DNA from: Patescibacteria group bacterium
GTDB taxonomy: Bacteria; Patescibacteriota; Patescibacteriia; JAXHNJ01
NCBI GenBank assembly: GCA_041649715.1
Contig: JBAZMP010000002.1
Span: 132,964 to 196,963 of the forward strand
Direction: 5' to 3'
Length of the DNA: 64,000 bases
Shown here: piece by piece, positions 35,445 through 46,359 of the stretch
Position numbering within the stretch: position 1 is the first letter of the stretch
Layout: the number at the start of each line of letters is the position of its first letter
Made by a program: the position numbers and the translations under genes
The notes under the pieces: model-generated
What the model was told of the DNA's origin: nothing
Seen by the model: only the letters and a program-made list of their open reading frames with translations
Database searches by the model: none

Positions 35445-38336
35445 ATGGCCGATAAAATCATTATCCGGGGCGCCCGGGTCCATAACTTAAAGAATGTCAG
35501 TCTGGAATTGCCTCGGGATAAATTCATCGTGATCACCGGCATTTCCGGTTCGGGCAAGTCTTCCCTGGCTTTTGACACGATCTATGCCGAGGGGCAGAGA
35601 CGATATGTTGAGTCACTCTCTTCCTACGCCCGGCAGTTTTTAGGGTTGATGGATAAGCCGGATGTGGATCAGATTGAAGGCTTGTCGCCGGCCATTTCCA
35701 TCGACCAGAAATCAGTTTCCCATAATCCGCGTTCCACGGTCGGCACCTCGACGGAGATATACGATTATCTCCGGCTTTTGTTCGCCCGCGTGGGCGTTCC
35801 GCACTGCCCGCAATGCGGCCGCGTCGTTTCTAAGCAGACGATTGATCAGATCGTGAAGCAGGTTTTCAAATTGCCCAAAGAAACAAAAATCATAATTCTC
35901 GCTCCTTTAATTCAGGATAAAAAGGGCGAGCACAAGAATATTTTGAAAGATATAAGGAAGGCCGGTTATGTCCGGGTGCGTTTTGACGGCGAAATGTATA
36001 GCATCGAAGAGGCGGAGGATTTGACGGTCGATAAAAACAAGAAGCACAGTCTGGAAGTGATCGTAGACCGTCTGACCGTCAAAGAAGGAGAGGAAAAAAT
36101 AGAAGACGAAAAAGAAACGAAATTGAGACTGGCCGATTCCTTAGAAACCGCCCTGGATCTAGGCGACGGCAAGGTTGTTGTCCAAATGGCCGATAAAAAA
36201 GAAGATCTGCTTTTCAGCGAACATTTGGCCTGCCCGCACTGCAATATCAGCTTGGAAAATATCGAGCCAAGGAATTTTTCTTTTAATTCTCCTCATGGCG
36301 CTTGTCCCGAGTGCACGGGCTTGGGCACTAAACTGGAAATCGATCCTAAATTGATTATCCCTAATCCACGTTTGACTCTGGCGGAAGGAGCAATCCGGCC
36401 TTGGTCGCGGACCTCTTCCAATCAAACTTGGTATTTTCAGATATTAAAGACCGTGGCTGAAGAAAACGGTTTTTCCATTGATACGCCGGTGGAAAAACTG
36501 TCGGCCAAAGCGGTGGAGATTGTTTTGTACGGCACGGGCGAAAAACGATATAAATCTTCCTATTCCTCCCCGCGTTTTGACGGTGACTTATACACGACTT
36601 TTGAGGGAGTCATCCCCAATTTGATGCGCCGCTACAAAGAAACAGACTCTGACTATATCCGAGCGGAAATTGAAAGATACATGCGCATCTATTCCTGCCC
36701 GACCTGCGGCGGCAAACGGCTAAAACCGGAAGTATTGGCGGTAACCGTGGGCGGAAAAAATATATTTGAGGTCGTTGACCAGCCGATCGACAAGGTAAAA
36801 GAATTTTTTGAGGGCTTGGAAAGCAAGAAAAATCAGGATTCTCCCCGTCTTTCCGAAAGGGAGCAAAAGATCGCCCGGCAAGTCTTAAAAGAGATCAAGA
36901 ACCGTCTTTTGTTTTTGCATAATGTCGGTCTGGACTATTTGACTTTAGACCGGGCCACTTCCAGTTTGGCCGGCGGAGAGGCCCAGCGCATCCGTTTGGC
37001 CACCCAAATCGGTTCGTCTCTGGTTGGTGTTATTTACATATTGGACGAGCCTTCGATCGGTCTTCATCAGCGGGATAACGCTAAGCTGATCACGACCCTG
37101 AAAAAATTAAGGGATTTAGGTAATACCGTCATTGTCGTGGAACACGACGAAGCGACGATGCTGGCCGCTGATTATCTGGTGGATATCGGCCCCGGGGCCG
37201 GGGATCACGGAGGAGAAGTGGTGGCCTGCGGCACCCCGGCCGAGATCAAAAAACACCCGCACTCCTTAACCGGCAAATATCTTTCCGGAAAACTAAAAAT
37301 CGACGTACCCAAGGAATACCATCGTGGCAATAGCAAGAATATCTTAATTAAGGGAGCCCAAGAATTCAATCTAAAGAATATTGACGTGAAAATCCCTTTG
37401 GCAAAGTTTGTCTGCATCACGGGAGTTTCCGGGTCGGGCAAATCGACCCTGATGATCGATATCCTGGCGAAAGCAATGGGCCAGTATTTTTACAAATCCA
37501 AGGACCTCCCGGGCATGCACAAGGAGATCAAGGGACTGGAAAATTTGGACAAGGTGATTCATATCGACCAATCGCCCATCGGCCGCACGCCGCGCTCCAA
37601 TCCCGCCACCTACACCGGCGTTTTTACCTATATCCGCGAGCTTTTTTCTCAGTTGCCGGAAGCGAAAATCAGGGGCTACGATCCTGGCCGTTTCAGTTTT
37701 AATGTTAAAGGCGGCCGGTGCGAAGCCTGCCAGGGCGATGGCATGGTGAAGATAGAAATGCATTTTCTGCCGGATGTCTACGTGGAATGCGAAGAATGTA
37801 AGGGTAAAAGATACAACCAGCAGGCTCTGGAAATTCATTATCATGGAAAAAATATTTCCGATGTCTTGAATATGACGGTCGAAGAGGCCATGGAATTCTT
37901 CAAAAATATTCCGGCCATCAAGCAAAAATTGGAAACCTTGCACGAAGTCGGCTTAAGCTACATGCATTTGGGGCAGTCGGCCACCACTTTATCCGGTGGT
38001 GAGGCTCAAAGAGTGAAATTGGCGACCGAGCTTTCCCGTCGGGCGACCGGCAAAACTTTGTATATTCTTGATGAACCGACGACTGGCCTGCACGTGGATG
38101 ATATAAAGCGTCTTTTGAGCGTCATTAAAAAATTGGTGGACAAAAGCAATACGGTATTGGTCATCGAGCATAATCTAGAGGTGATCAAATCTGCCGACTG
38201 GATAATTGACTTGGGTCCGGAGGGGGGAGATCGAGGGGGGTATCTCGTGGCCGAAGGCACGCCGAAAGAAGTGGCCAAAGTGAAAAAGAGCTATACCGGT
38301 CAATATTTAGCCAAGATTTTAAATAATAAAAAATAG
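35445..38336 (+). CDS. uvrA: excinuclease ABC subunit A
   Basis: 'GARVHNLKN', two ABC modules ('[14 protein letters not shown]', '[11 protein letters not shown]', 'LSGGEAQR' twice), zinc modules 'CPHCNISL...CPECTG' and 'CEACQGDG...CEECKGKRY'. Confidence 0.97.
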   Translation: MADKIIIRGARVHNLKNVSLELPRDKFIVITGISGSGKSSLAFDTIYAEGQRRYVESLSSYARQFLGLMDKPDVDQIEGLSPAISIDQKSVSHNPRSTVGTSTEIYDYLRLLFARVGVPHCPQCGRVVSKQTIDQIVKQVFKLPKETKIIILAPLIQDKKGEHKNILKDIRKAGYVRVRFDGEMYSIEEAEDLTVDKNKKHSLEVIVDRLTVKEGEEKIEDEKETKLRLADSLETALDLGDGKVVVQMADKKEDLLFSEHLACPHCNISLENIEPRNFSFNSPHGACPECTGLGTKLEIDPKLIIPNPRLTLAEGAIRPWSRTSSNQTWYFQILKTVAEENGFSIDTPVEKLSAKAVEIVLYGTGEKRYKSSYSSPRFDGDLYTTFEGVIPNLMRRYKETDSDYIRAEIERYMRIYSCPTCGGKRLKPEVLAVTVGGKNIFEVVDQPIDKVKEFFEGLESKKNQDSPRLSEREQKIARQVLKEIKNRLLFLHNVGLDYLTLDRATSSLAGGEAQRIRLATQIGSSLVGVIYILDEPSIGLHQRDNAKLITTLKKLRDLGNTVIVVEHDEATMLAADYLVDIGPGAGDHGGEVVACGTPAEIKKHPHSLTGKYLSGKLKIDVPKEYHRGNSKNILIKGAQEFNLKNIDVKIPLAKFVCITGVSGSGKSTLMIDILAKAMGQYFYKSKDLPGMHKEIKGLENLDKVIHIDQSPIGRTPRSNPATYTGVFTYIRELFSQLPEAKIRGYDPGRFSFNVKGGRCEACQGDGMVKIEMHFLPDVYVECEECKGKRYNQQALEIHYHGKNISDVLNMTVEEAMEFFKNIPAIKQKLETLHEVGLSYMHLGQSATTLSGGEAQRVKLATELSRRATGKTLYILDEPTTGLHVDDIKRLLSVIKKLVDKSNTVLVIEHNLEVIKSADWIIDLGPEGGDRGGYLVAEGTPKEVAKVKKSYTGQYLAKILNNKK

Positions 38337-38360
38337 TCCTTTTGGAAAAAGGAGGAGGGG

Positions 38361-38477
38361 ATGATAATCGCGCGTTGTCTCGGGTTTGTCGGCCGCTACA
38401 TCGTGGAGCCGATCGCGGAAGCCTATGGCTTCATCTTCATGCTCTGCGCTTACGCGTACTGTCTCTGGGGGAAATAA
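38361..38477 (+). CDS. possible 38-aa hydrophobic peptide (not in the ORF track)
   Basis: 'AAAAGGAGGAGGGG' immediately before the ATG. MIIARCLGFVGRYIVEPIAEAYGFIFMLCAYAYCLWGK. Terminator-like hairpin at 38502-38527. Confidence 0.3.
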   Translation: MIIARCLGFVGRYIVEPIAEAYGFIFMLCAYAYCLWGK

Positions 38478-38582
38478 CTTTCCCCATCTTTGGAAGTAAA
38501 GGCATCGGTTTAGCCGGTGCTTTTTTCAAAAAAGAAAAACTCCCGTTGTATGAAAACGGGAGTTATGCCAAAGATCATTGAT

Positions 38583-38759
38583 CTATCGTCCGTGCCAAGC
38601 CAGATCACTCAGCAGGTTTTTTAGCCGTGCTTGGCATTCGGGGCAGTGATCGACATGTTCTTGTTGCTCAGCGGGGAGTGGTTTGCTATGGTTGACATGG
38701 GCAAAGAGGCTGTTTTTATCCGGGTGAAAGTCCGATGGAGAAACCGAGGGTTCGGCCAC
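38583..38759 (-). CDS. 58-aa protein with zf-HC2-like H-x3-C-x2-C motif (GTG start; not in the ORF track)
   Basis: 'AAAGGAGGTG' RBS 4 nt upstream of the GTG. VAEPSVSPSDFHPDKNSLFAHVNHSKPLPAEQQEHVDHCPECQARLKNLLSDLAWHGR. Hairpin CTCCCGTT...AACGGGAG (38540-38563) lies downstream. Confidence 0.4.
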   Translation of the reverse strand: MAEPSVSPSDFHPDKNSLFAHVNHSKPLPAEQQEHVDHCPECQARLKNLLSDLAWHGR

Positions 38760-38827
38760 TAGACACCTCCTTTGCGCAGAATAACCAATTAAACTATAAT
38801 AAATGTATAAGAACTTGTCCCTATTTT

Positions 38828-39799
38828 ATGCCAACCGCAAAATTTAGTCAATTGGAAAAAGCCATTTTGGCCGGCCTATGCTATTATGATGTCTTTGATT
38901 ATCCTTTGACCGCGGAGGAAATCTGGCGTTGGCTTTACGTCAAGGACGGAAAAACGGATTTTCCCAAGGATTTAAACGCGGTATTGGAAGTTTTAGAAAT
39001 GAGCAAAAACTTGAAAGAAGTGATGGAGACCGATGAAAATTATTACTATTTGAAGGGCAGGCGGGAGATCGTGGAGACGAGAAAGGAAAGGTTTGAAGCC
39101 GATAAGAATAAATGGCGGATCGCCAAATCGGCTATGGGTTTTTTGCGGATGGTTCCTTTTTTGAAATACGTCGCGGTCTGCAATAACGTGGCCATCAATA
39201 ACGCCAAGGCGGAAAGCGATATTGATTTTTTTATCGTGGCTTCGACCGGCCAGCTCTGGACCTGCCGTTTTTTCACCACCTGGTTTACCTGGATGCTGGG
39301 TTATTGGCGGCATAAGAATAAGATAAGGAACAAAATTTGTCTGAGTTTTTATGCCGCTGAAGAATCTCTGGATTTTCAGCCGCTCTTGTTAAAAGAAGGT
39401 GACCCTTATTTTAATTTCTGGGTCGATCAGCTGGTGCCGCTTTTTGACCGCGGGGGAACAGGCGAAAAGATCAAAGCCCAGAATACCTGGGTATTAAAGC
39501 AGCTGCCCAACGCTTTGGCCGGCCAGAAAGAGAGCCTGGTAAAACCGGATTCGCTGACCGCCATGATCCAGCAGTTTTTTGAGATAGTTTTTATCAATCC
39601 TATTTTAGGGCCCTGGCTGACGAACTTTATCCGGCACAACCAGATGAAAAAAATGGGAAAGAATCAAGAAAGCGTAGCGAAAGAAAATAATACCAAGGTG
39701 GTTATTGCCGATTCCGTTCTGAAGTTCCACGAAACGGATAAGAGAGAATTTTATCGGCAGAAATTCTACGAAAGGTTAAAAACTCAAGGGTTAGAATAG
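38828..39799 (+). CDS. hypothetical protein, possible nucleotidyltransferase-fold core
   Basis: ATG 38828 chosen because the upstream part of ORF 38735.. overlaps the divergent small gene. 'AKAESDIDFFIVAS' resembles an NTase acidic motif. Weak call. Confidence 0.55.
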   Translation: MPTAKFSQLEKAILAGLCYYDVFDYPLTAEEIWRWLYVKDGKTDFPKDLNAVLEVLEMSKNLKEVMETDENYYYLKGRREIVETRKERFEADKNKWRIAKSAMGFLRMVPFLKYVAVCNNVAINNAKAESDIDFFIVASTGQLWTCRFFTTWFTWMLGYWRHKNKIRNKICLSFYAAEESLDFQPLLLKEGDPYFNFWVDQLVPLFDRGGTGEKIKAQNTWVLKQLPNALAGQKESLVKPDSLTAMIQQFFEIVFINPILGPWLTNFIRHNQMKKMGKNQESVAKENNTKVVIADSVLKFHETDKREFYRQKFYERLKTQGLE

Positions 39800-39932
39800 A
39801 TATTGATTGAGATATTAAGATATTAACATACCGAGTTATTAGGGAATACTAAGTAAAAATACCTATTCTCCGGTTGTGGAAAACTTGACGAGTCTGGAAA
39901 ATTAGCCTAACATTCAATAATAATATACCCTT

Positions 39933-39959
39933 TTAGCACTCTTGACTAAGGAGTGCTAA
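39933..39959 (+). promoter_or_regulatory. CIRCE operator (HrcA binding site) upstream of groES
   Basis: Exact consensus TTAGCACTC-N9-GAGTGCTAA. Confidence 0.92.
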
Positions 39960-40003
39960 TTGGTTAAAATGTGTATTACGAGCTTAATAATTAAGAAAAA
40001 GAT

Positions 40004-40294
40004 ATGAATCTAAAACCCCTAAACGACAAAGTCATTGTTAAAGGTTTGACCGGCGATGAAATGACCAAGGCCGGCATTATTTTGCCTGACACGGCGGAAA
40101 AAGAGAAACCGGAAAAAGGCGAGGTTTTGGCCGTCGGCCCGGGCAAACTTTTGGAAAATGGCCAAAGATCGCAGATGTCCGTTAAGGTCGGCGACAAAGT
40201 TTTGTTTAAGAAATACGGGCCGGATGAGGTGAAGATTGATGATAAAGAGTTGTTAGTGGTGAGCGAAGAAGATATTATTGCGATTATCGGGTGA
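40004..40294 (+). CDS. groES: co-chaperonin GroES
   Basis: 'LKPLNDKVIVK...KAGIILPDTAKEK.. GEVLAVGPG' pattern. 96 aa. Confidence 0.95.
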   Translation: MNLKPLNDKVIVKGLTGDEMTKAGIILPDTAEKEKPEKGEVLAVGPGKLLENGQRSQMSVKVGDKVLFKKYGPDEVKIDDKELLVVSEEDIIAIIG

Positions 40295-40399
40295 TTCGTT
40301 ATTCGAGACTCGAGATTCGGAATAGAGCCGAGTCACCAATCACAAATTTCGAATTCCGAAATTATAAATTATACTTTATAAATTATTAATTACAAAACT

Positions 40400-42037
40400 A
40401 TGGCTAAACAAATCTTATTTCGGGAAAAAGCGCGCGCCGCTTTGAAGAAAGGTGCGGATCAGCTGGCGGCCGCCGTGCGCGTGACCTTGGGTCCCAAGGG
40501 CCGCAACGCGGTGCTGGACAAAGGTTTCGGGGCGCCGACTATCACCAATGACGGCGTCACGATCGCTAAAGAAATCGAATTAGAGGATAAATTCGAAAAT
40601 ATGGGTGCGGAACTAATTAAGGAGGTCGCTTCCAAGACCAATGATGTCGCCGGTGACGGAACCACGACGGCCACTATACTCGCGGCCAGCATTATTCAGG
40701 AAGGTCTCAAGAATGTGGCGGCGGGAGCCAACCCTCTCGTAATCAAGCGCGGCATCGAAAAAGGCGTTATAACGATTGTCGAAGGTCTTAAAAATATTTC
40801 CAAACCGGTCAAGACCAACGAAGAAGTGGCTCAGGTCGCGTCCATCTCCGCTAACGATAAAACAATCGGCGAAATAATTGCCAAGGCTTATGAAAAAGTG
40901 AAAAAAGACGGAGTGATCACCGTGGAAGAATCTCAGTCTTTCGGTCTGGAGCTAGAAGTCGTGGAAGGCATGCAGTTTGACAAGGGTTATGTTTCACCCT
41001 ATATGATCACGGAAGCCGAACACATGAAGGCGGAATACGAGGATTGCCACATTTTGATTACCGATAAGAAAGTTTCCGCTTTATCGGAAATTCTGCCTCT
41101 TTTAGAAAAACTGGCTCAGGCCGGAAAGAAAGAATTAGTGATTATCGCTGACGAAATAGAGGGCGAGGCCTTGGCGACTTTTGTCGTGAACAAGCTGCGG
41201 GGCACGTTCAATGTCTTGGGTATTAAGGCCCCGGGTTTCGGCGATCGCCGGAAAGAAATGCTGGCCGATATTGCCATTTTGACTGGGGGTAAAATGATCA
41301 CCGAGGAAATGGGCTTGAAACTGGAAAATACGGAGATCGCCGATCTCGGCCAGGCCCATAAAGTCATCGCCACCAAAGAGAATACCACGATCGTTGAAGG
41401 CAAGGGCGATGAAAAAGTGATTAAAGACAGAATCGCCCAGATTAGAACCGAACTTAAAGATTCCACTTCAGAGTTTGATAAAGAAAAATTAGAGGAAAGA
41501 CTGGCCAAGCTGGCCGGGGGCGTTGCCGTCATTAAAGTCGGCGCGGCCACGGAAACGGAAATGAGAGAGAAAAAACACCGGGTGGAAGACGCCAAAGAAG
41601 CGACGAAAGCCGCCATGGAAGAAGGCATTGTCCCGGGTGGCGGTGTGGCCCTGATCAGGACCTTGCCTCTGCTGGAAGCTTTGGCTATTACCGATCCGGA
41701 AGAGAAGATCGGCCTTGATATTCTGAAAAAGGCGGTGGAAGAACCCCTCAAGCAGATCGCTACCAACGCCGGCAAAGAAGGTTCGGTGATTGTCGAAGAG
41801 GTGAAAAAATTAAAGGGCAATCAGGGTTATAATGCTGCTTTGGATAAATTCGAAGATTTGGTGGCGGCCGGTATTGTCGACCCCACCAAAGTGACCCGTT
41901 CGGCTTTGCAGAACGCGGCTTCTGTTTCGGCCATGCTTCTGACCACGGAAACGGCCATCACCGATAAACCGGAAGAGAAAGATAAAGGGATGGGTATGCC
42001 GGGCGGGATGCCCGGCGGCATGCCGATGGGGATGTAA
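40400..42037 (+). CDS. groEL: chaperonin GroEL
   Basis: 'AKQILF', '[13 protein letters not shown]', '[12 protein letters not shown]', C-terminal '[16 protein letters not shown]'. Confidence 0.98.
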   Translation: MAKQILFREKARAALKKGADQLAAAVRVTLGPKGRNAVLDKGFGAPTITNDGVTIAKEIELEDKFENMGAELIKEVASKTNDVAGDGTTTATILAASIIQEGLKNVAAGANPLVIKRGIEKGVITIVEGLKNISKPVKTNEEVAQVASISANDKTIGEIIAKAYEKVKKDGVITVEESQSFGLELEVVEGMQFDKGYVSPYMITEAEHMKAEYEDCHILITDKKVSALSEILPLLEKLAQAGKKELVIIADEIEGEALATFVVNKLRGTFNVLGIKAPGFGDRRKEMLADIAILTGGKMITEEMGLKLENTEIADLGQAHKVIATKENTTIVEGKGDEKVIKDRIAQIRTELKDSTSEFDKEKLEERLAKLAGGVAVIKVGAATETEMREKKHRVEDAKEATKAAMEEGIVPGGGVALIRTLPLLEALAITDPEEKIGLDILKKAVEEPLKQIATNAGKEGSVIVEEVKKLKGNQGYNAALDKFEDLVAAGIVDPTKVTRSALQNAASVSAMLLTTETAITDKPEEKDKGMGMPGGMPGGMPMGM

Positions 42038-42151
42038 ATAACTATTACTTCAAATACGGGGAGGTGGACCAATCAGTCTGCCTTCCTTTATATTTAAAGG
42101 TAATAAATTTCTTGTTTGTCAGAAACGGGGAAATTTACTATAATAAATCGT

Positions 42152-42646
42152 ATGATAGAAGAGGGCGAAAAAGAAGGGCATGTCAGACCGCCAGAAGGGA
42201 TTTCCGGAGATTTGTTCGGTAAAACTATCGGGTTTTACTTCTCGCTTTTTAGATGGCCGGTTTTAGCCGCCCTGGTGATAGAGATTTTCTTGATTGTTTT
42301 TGATCAGAGGTTGATTTATATTTGGTTCGTGAATCTGATAATTTTTGTCTTTTTGGCCTTGTGGGGGAGAAAAATTAACCAGCTACGTTTGGGACAGATA
42401 TTATTCTTGGGCTTTAGCGCCGGATTGGTTTTGGGCCTGCTTGTGGCTATTTTTAAACTGATCTGGCTGCACAAATTTTACCTCTTTTTTAATCTTATGT
42501 TTGAGGCGGTTGTGACCGCCCTGGCCGGACTGCTTCTTTGCGGCGGGACTTATCTGTTGATGACGAAAGAGTATAAAAATCAAAATTCATTTTCAAAATA
42601 TCTTAAAAAAAACAAGAAAGGGGGTGGAGAAAATGGAAGAAAATAA
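42152..42646 (+). CDS. hypothetical 4-TM membrane protein
   Basis: Hydrophobic helices throughout. The start is uncertain (TTG 42116 or ATG 42152). Confidence 0.5.
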   Translation: MIEEGEKEGHVRPPEGISGDLFGKTIGFYFSLFRWPVLAALVIEIFLIVFDQRLIYIWFVNLIIFVFLALWGRKINQLRLGQILFLGFSAGLVLGLLVAIFKLIWLHKFYLFFNLMFEAVVTALAGLLLCGGTYLLMTKEYKNQNSFSKYLKKNKKGGGENGRK

Positions 42647-42941
42647 ACCGATAATGGGCGACACCCAGGAGAACAAATTACTGGCGGCCATTTCTTATCT
42701 TTGGATTGTAAGCATCATAATGCTTTTGATCAAGAAAGACAGCAAATTGGTCCAGTTTCACGCGAAACAAGGCTTAGTTTTATTCATTGTTTCGATCGTA
42801 TTGTGGTTTATTCCGGTAATCGGCTGGATCTTGAATCTCTTGGTGGTGGTGGCGATTGTCATCGGGTTCATCAAAGCCTTGTCCGGCGAGTACTATAAGA
42901 TACCCGCTGTTTCTATTATCGCCGAAAAAATAAACTTCTAG
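42633..42941 (+). CDS. DUF4870/Tic20-like small membrane protein
   Basis: 'LLAAISYLWIVSIIMLLIKKDSKLVQFHAKQGLVLFIV' is typical of this family. RBS 'AAGGGGGTGGAG'. Confidence 0.6.
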   Translation: MEENKPIMGDTQENKLLAAISYLWIVSIIMLLIKKDSKLVQFHAKQGLVLFIVSIVLWFIPVIGWILNLLVVVAIVIGFIKALSGEYYKIPAVSIIAEKINF

Positions 42942-43084
42942 TTTATTGTATATAATTCGGTACTCTTCTTTTTTTCAAGAGGAGTACTCATATTGTATGT
43001 CAATTACTAGTTGTGGTTTTAGGTGGTAGGGCGTGGCGGCTAGTATGGTTGTAGGGCAGGGTCATAGGTCATTTAATAGTCCGA

Positions 43085-43232
43085 AGCACAAAGCTCAAAA
43101 CTCAAAGCACAAAACAAATCTAAATATATAAATCCAAAATTCAAAAAGTCGGCCGGGTTTAGATATTTGAATTTTGAACAATTAATATTATTTTGGATTT
43201 TGGGCTTTGCGCTTTGAATTTCAAATGCCGAA
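43085..43232. repeat. long imperfect A/T-rich palindrome upstream of ppsA
   Basis: Left arm 'gcacaaagctcaaaactcaaagcacaaaac..aaatccaaaattcaaaa' pairs with right arm 'tttgaattttga..attttggattttgggctttgcgctttgaatttcaaa'. Confidence 0.65.
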
Positions 43233-43262
43233 TATAAATATAAATAAGAGAAATAAACTTAT

Positions 43263-45686
43263 ATGTCTAAAAAGAAAAGTACGGCAAAAAAAGCTAAGAA
43301 GACAATCATGTGGTTTTCCCAGATCAGGAATACCGACGTGCCATTGGTCGGCGGCAAAAACGCCTCTTTGGGCGAGATGTATTCGACTCTGACCAAAAAA
43401 GGCATCCTGGTGCCTAATGGTTTTGCCATCACGGCAAATGCCTACCGGGATTTTTTAGAAAAAGGCGGTATAAAAAAAGAGATTAAAAAGATTCTCTCCG
43501 ATTTAAATACGCACAATATCAAGAATCTGCAGGCTAGAGGAAAAGCCGCGCGGGAATTAATGATAAAAACTGATTTTCCCAAAGATTTGGACGAAAAGAT
43601 TGCGGCGGCTTACCATAAAATGGAAGAAGAGTATGGCCAAAACGTGGATGTGGCCGTAAGGTCAAGCGCCACTGCCGAAGATTTGCCAGACGCTTCTTTC
43701 GCCGGCCAGCAGGAAACTTACCTCAATATCAGGGGTAAAGAGGAACTGCTTAAGGCCTGTAAAAAATGTTTTGCTTCGCTTTTCACTAATCGGGCGATTT
43801 CCTACCGTCAGGATAAAAAATTTGATCATTTTAAAATCGCCTTATCCATCGGCGTTCAGAAAATGGTCCGCTCGGACAAGGCTTCCTCGGGCGTGATTTT
43901 CACCATAGATACGGAAACCGGTTTTGATAATGTCGTCTTAGTCAGCGGCATCTGGGGCCTGGGAGAGAATATTGTCCAGGGCAATGTTAACCCGGATCAA
44001 TGGTATGTTTTTAAGCCTACTTTGCAGAAGGGTTATAAATCGATTATTTTCCGCAGTTGCGGCACGAAGGCGATAAAAATGGTATACACGGGTGACAAAG
44101 GCCGACCGACCCGGAATATTTCAGTGGAGGACAAGAATCGGCACGTCTTTGTTTTAAATGACAAAGAGGTTTTGGATTTGGCTCGCTGGGCGGTGGTGAT
44201 TGAAAAACATTACGGCAAGCCGATGGATATTGAATGGGCCAAGGACGGTTTTAATAACAAATTATATATTGTTCAGGCCCGGCCGGAAACAGTGGTCTCA
44301 AGGAAGGACCTATCCGTTTTGGAAGAATATGTCATTGAAAAGAAGGGCCGGAAGTTGTTAATCGGTTCGCCGGTCGGGGCGAAAATCGGCGCCGGCAAAG
44401 TGCATATAATAAAAGATCCGCGTCAGATCGGCCAATTCAAGAAAAACGAAGTTTTGGTTACGGATATGACTGATCCTGACTGGGAGCCCATCATGAAAAT
44501 AGCCTCGGCTATTGTTACCGACCGCGGCGGCCGGACCTGCCATGCGGCTATTGTCAGCCGGGAACTCGGAATTCCTTGCATTGTCGGGACGGGGAACGCG
44601 ACCCGGAAACTGAAAAACGGCCAGACCGTGACTGTTTCCTGCGCCGAAGGAGAAAAGGGCTTTGTTTATGAAGGCAGGGCCAAATATCGATTGAAAAAGA
44701 CCAGCTTGAAGACGATTGAACGGCCGAAAACCAAGATCATGATGAATATCGGCAGTCCGGATATTGCGTTCGCCAATTCATTCATTCCCAATGACGGCGT
44801 CGGTTTAGCCCGGGAAGAATTCATTATCAATGATTTCATCCAGATTCATCCGCTGGCGCTGATCAATTTTGAAAAACTAAAAGATGAAAAAGTAAAGAAA
44901 CAAATTGAAGAGATTACCATCGGTTATCATAATAAGATCCAGTTTTTTGTCGACATGCTCGCTTCGGGCGTGGCCATGATCGGCGCCGCCTTTTATCCAA
45001 AGGACGTGATCGTCCGCCTCTCGGATTTTAAAAGTAATGAATACGCCAATCTCATCGGCGGCAAACAATTTGAACCGGTTGAGCCGAATCCAATGATCGG
45101 CTGGCGGGGGGCAAGCCGCTATTACGATCCGAAATTTAAAGCCGCTTTTGCCCTGGAATGCCAAGCCATCAAAAAAGTGCGCGACGTAATGGGCCTGAAT
45201 AACGTGAAGGTGATGATTCCTTTTTGCCGGACGCCGGAAGAGGGAAAAAGAGTTCTGAATGAGATGGAAGTGAACGGCTTGAGAAAAGGCGAGAACGGAC
45301 TTGAGGTTTACGTGATGTGCGAAATTCCCTCCAACGTGATATTGGCCGAGCAATTCGCCGAGATATTTGACGGATTTTCCATTGGTTCCAATGATCTGAC
45401 CCAATTGACCTTGGGCTTGGACCGTGATTCCGAGCTAGTCTCGCATGTCTATGACGAAAGAAATCCGGCCGTGTTAAAGCTGGTTTCTCAGGTGATCAAA
45501 GTCTGCCGGGAAAAAGGGCGGAAAATCGGTATCTGCGGTCAGGCTCCATCGGATTACCCGGAATTCGCCCGATTTCTGGTGGAACAGAAAATTGATTCTA
45601 TTTCCTTAAATCCCGATACCGTTATCAAAACCACCTTGGATCTTCTGAAAACAGAGAAAAGGTTGCGGCGCCATAAGAAAGGATAG
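43263..45686 (+). CDS. ppsA: phosphoenolpyruvate synthase (pyruvate, water dikinase)
   Basis: ATP-grasp N-domain, phosphohistidine segment 'TDRGGRTCHAAIVSRELGIPCIVG', PEP-utilizing C-domain 'GFSIGSNDLTQL'. Confidence 0.95.
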   Translation: MSKKKSTAKKAKKTIMWFSQIRNTDVPLVGGKNASLGEMYSTLTKKGILVPNGFAITANAYRDFLEKGGIKKEIKKILSDLNTHNIKNLQARGKAARELMIKTDFPKDLDEKIAAAYHKMEEEYGQNVDVAVRSSATAEDLPDASFAGQQETYLNIRGKEELLKACKKCFASLFTNRAISYRQDKKFDHFKIALSIGVQKMVRSDKASSGVIFTIDTETGFDNVVLVSGIWGLGENIVQGNVNPDQWYVFKPTLQKGYKSIIFRSCGTKAIKMVYTGDKGRPTRNISVEDKNRHVFVLNDKEVLDLARWAVVIEKHYGKPMDIEWAKDGFNNKLYIVQARPETVVSRKDLSVLEEYVIEKKGRKLLIGSPVGAKIGAGKVHIIKDPRQIGQFKKNEVLVTDMTDPDWEPIMKIASAIVTDRGGRTCHAAIVSRELGIPCIVGTGNATRKLKNGQTVTVSCAEGEKGFVYEGRAKYRLKKTSLKTIERPKTKIMMNIGSPDIAFANSFIPNDGVGLAREEFIINDFIQIHPLALINFEKLKDEKVKKQIEEITIGYHNKIQFFVDMLASGVAMIGAAFYPKDVIVRLSDFKSNEYANLIGGKQFEPVEPNPMIGWRGASRYYDPKFKAAFALECQAIKKVRDVMGLNNVKVMIPFCRTPEEGKRVLNEMEVNGLRKGENGLEVYVMCEIPSNVILAEQFAEIFDGFSIGSNDLTQLTLGLDRDSELVSHVYDERNPAVLKLVSQVIKVCREKGRKIGICGQAPSDYPEFARFLVEQKIDSISLNPDTVIKTTLDLLKTEKRLRRHKKG

Positions 45687-45762
45687 GGAGACTCCATCTT
45701 GACCCCGTTAGAAATGATGGGGCGAGAATATATATTTTTGTATATCATTATTACAAAAAGGG

Positions 45763-45791
45763 TTGACAATTATTTTTGTTTAGATTATAAA
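45763..45791 (+). promoter_or_regulatory. promoter TTGACA-N17-TATAAA
   Basis: TTGACA 45763-45768, TATAAA 45786-45791. Confidence 0.55.
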
Positions 45792-45899
45792 TAAGAATTG
45801 TTCTTTTCACGGTCGAAAAGGAAAGGAGGCGCTGATTTCAAAGATTAATCTGGTCCAAATCGAAGAGCCAAGGTGCTTTTTAAATCAAGGAGGAAAACC

Positions 45900-46247
45900 T
45901 TGAGGGGACGCGGTTCGTTCAATCCCAAGAACGCCAAGCTGGACGGTAAGGGTCTGCCCATGCCGACCAAAGTGTCTTCCACCGAAGAATTTCTCGCCCT
46001 GATGGGTATCCGCACGAAAGGACCGGCCCACCGGCTGGTCGAACACGTCAAAGATCCGTGTGAAATCGATGAGGCCTATTGCCAGGAAGGAAAAAAGCTT
46101 TTTAGCACGACCGTGAATTTGTTTCATGAAGCCTGCGGTTGTCCGAAAAAAGCCGCCGAAGCGGCCCGCCGGCTGGTCCGCGTGGCCACCAACGATATGC
46201 CCGTAAGACGCGGCGTCTGGAGCAATATCGTCGGCCGGCCCGGCTGA
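45900..46247 (+). CDS. hypothetical GC-rich protein
   Basis: TTG start 6 nt after 'AAGGAGG'. Followed by terminator CCCCGTT(T)CC...GGAACGGGG-TTTT (46277-46310). The antisense ORF 45885..46259 has neither signal. Confidence 0.5.
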   Translation: MRGRGSFNPKNAKLDGKGLPMPTKVSSTEEFLALMGIRTKGPAHRLVEHVKDPCEIDEAYCQEGKKLFSTTVNLFHEACGCPKKAAEAARRLVRVATNDMPVRRGVWSNIVGRPG

Positions 46248-46276
46248 CAAGAATTTCAAAATTAGATCTTCGGTAA

Positions 46277-46310
46277 ACCCCGTTTCCAGTGGGAACGGGG
46301 TTTTCTTTTA
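46277..46310 (+). terminator. intrinsic terminator
   Basis: AAACCCCGTTTCC-agtg-GGAACGGGGTTTTC. Confidence 0.7.
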
Positions 46311-46359
46311 GCCAAAAATATGTTATGGTATAATGCACTTGCAGAATGGAAAAATGAAG

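Noticed and set aside
41116-41820. 234-aa minus-strand ORF inside groEL (similar cases inside uvrA at 37371..37943, ppsA at 44877..45404 and the primase fusion at 60684..61193)
   Set aside because: These are antisense shadow ORFs within confidently identified, highly conserved genes. Their translations are low-complexity.
45885-46259. 124-aa minus-strand ORF mirroring 45873..46247
   Set aside because: The plus strand has an AAGGAGG RBS, an upstream TTGACA/TATAAA promoter and a downstream terminator. The minus frame has none of these. Strand choice still rests only on signals, not homology.
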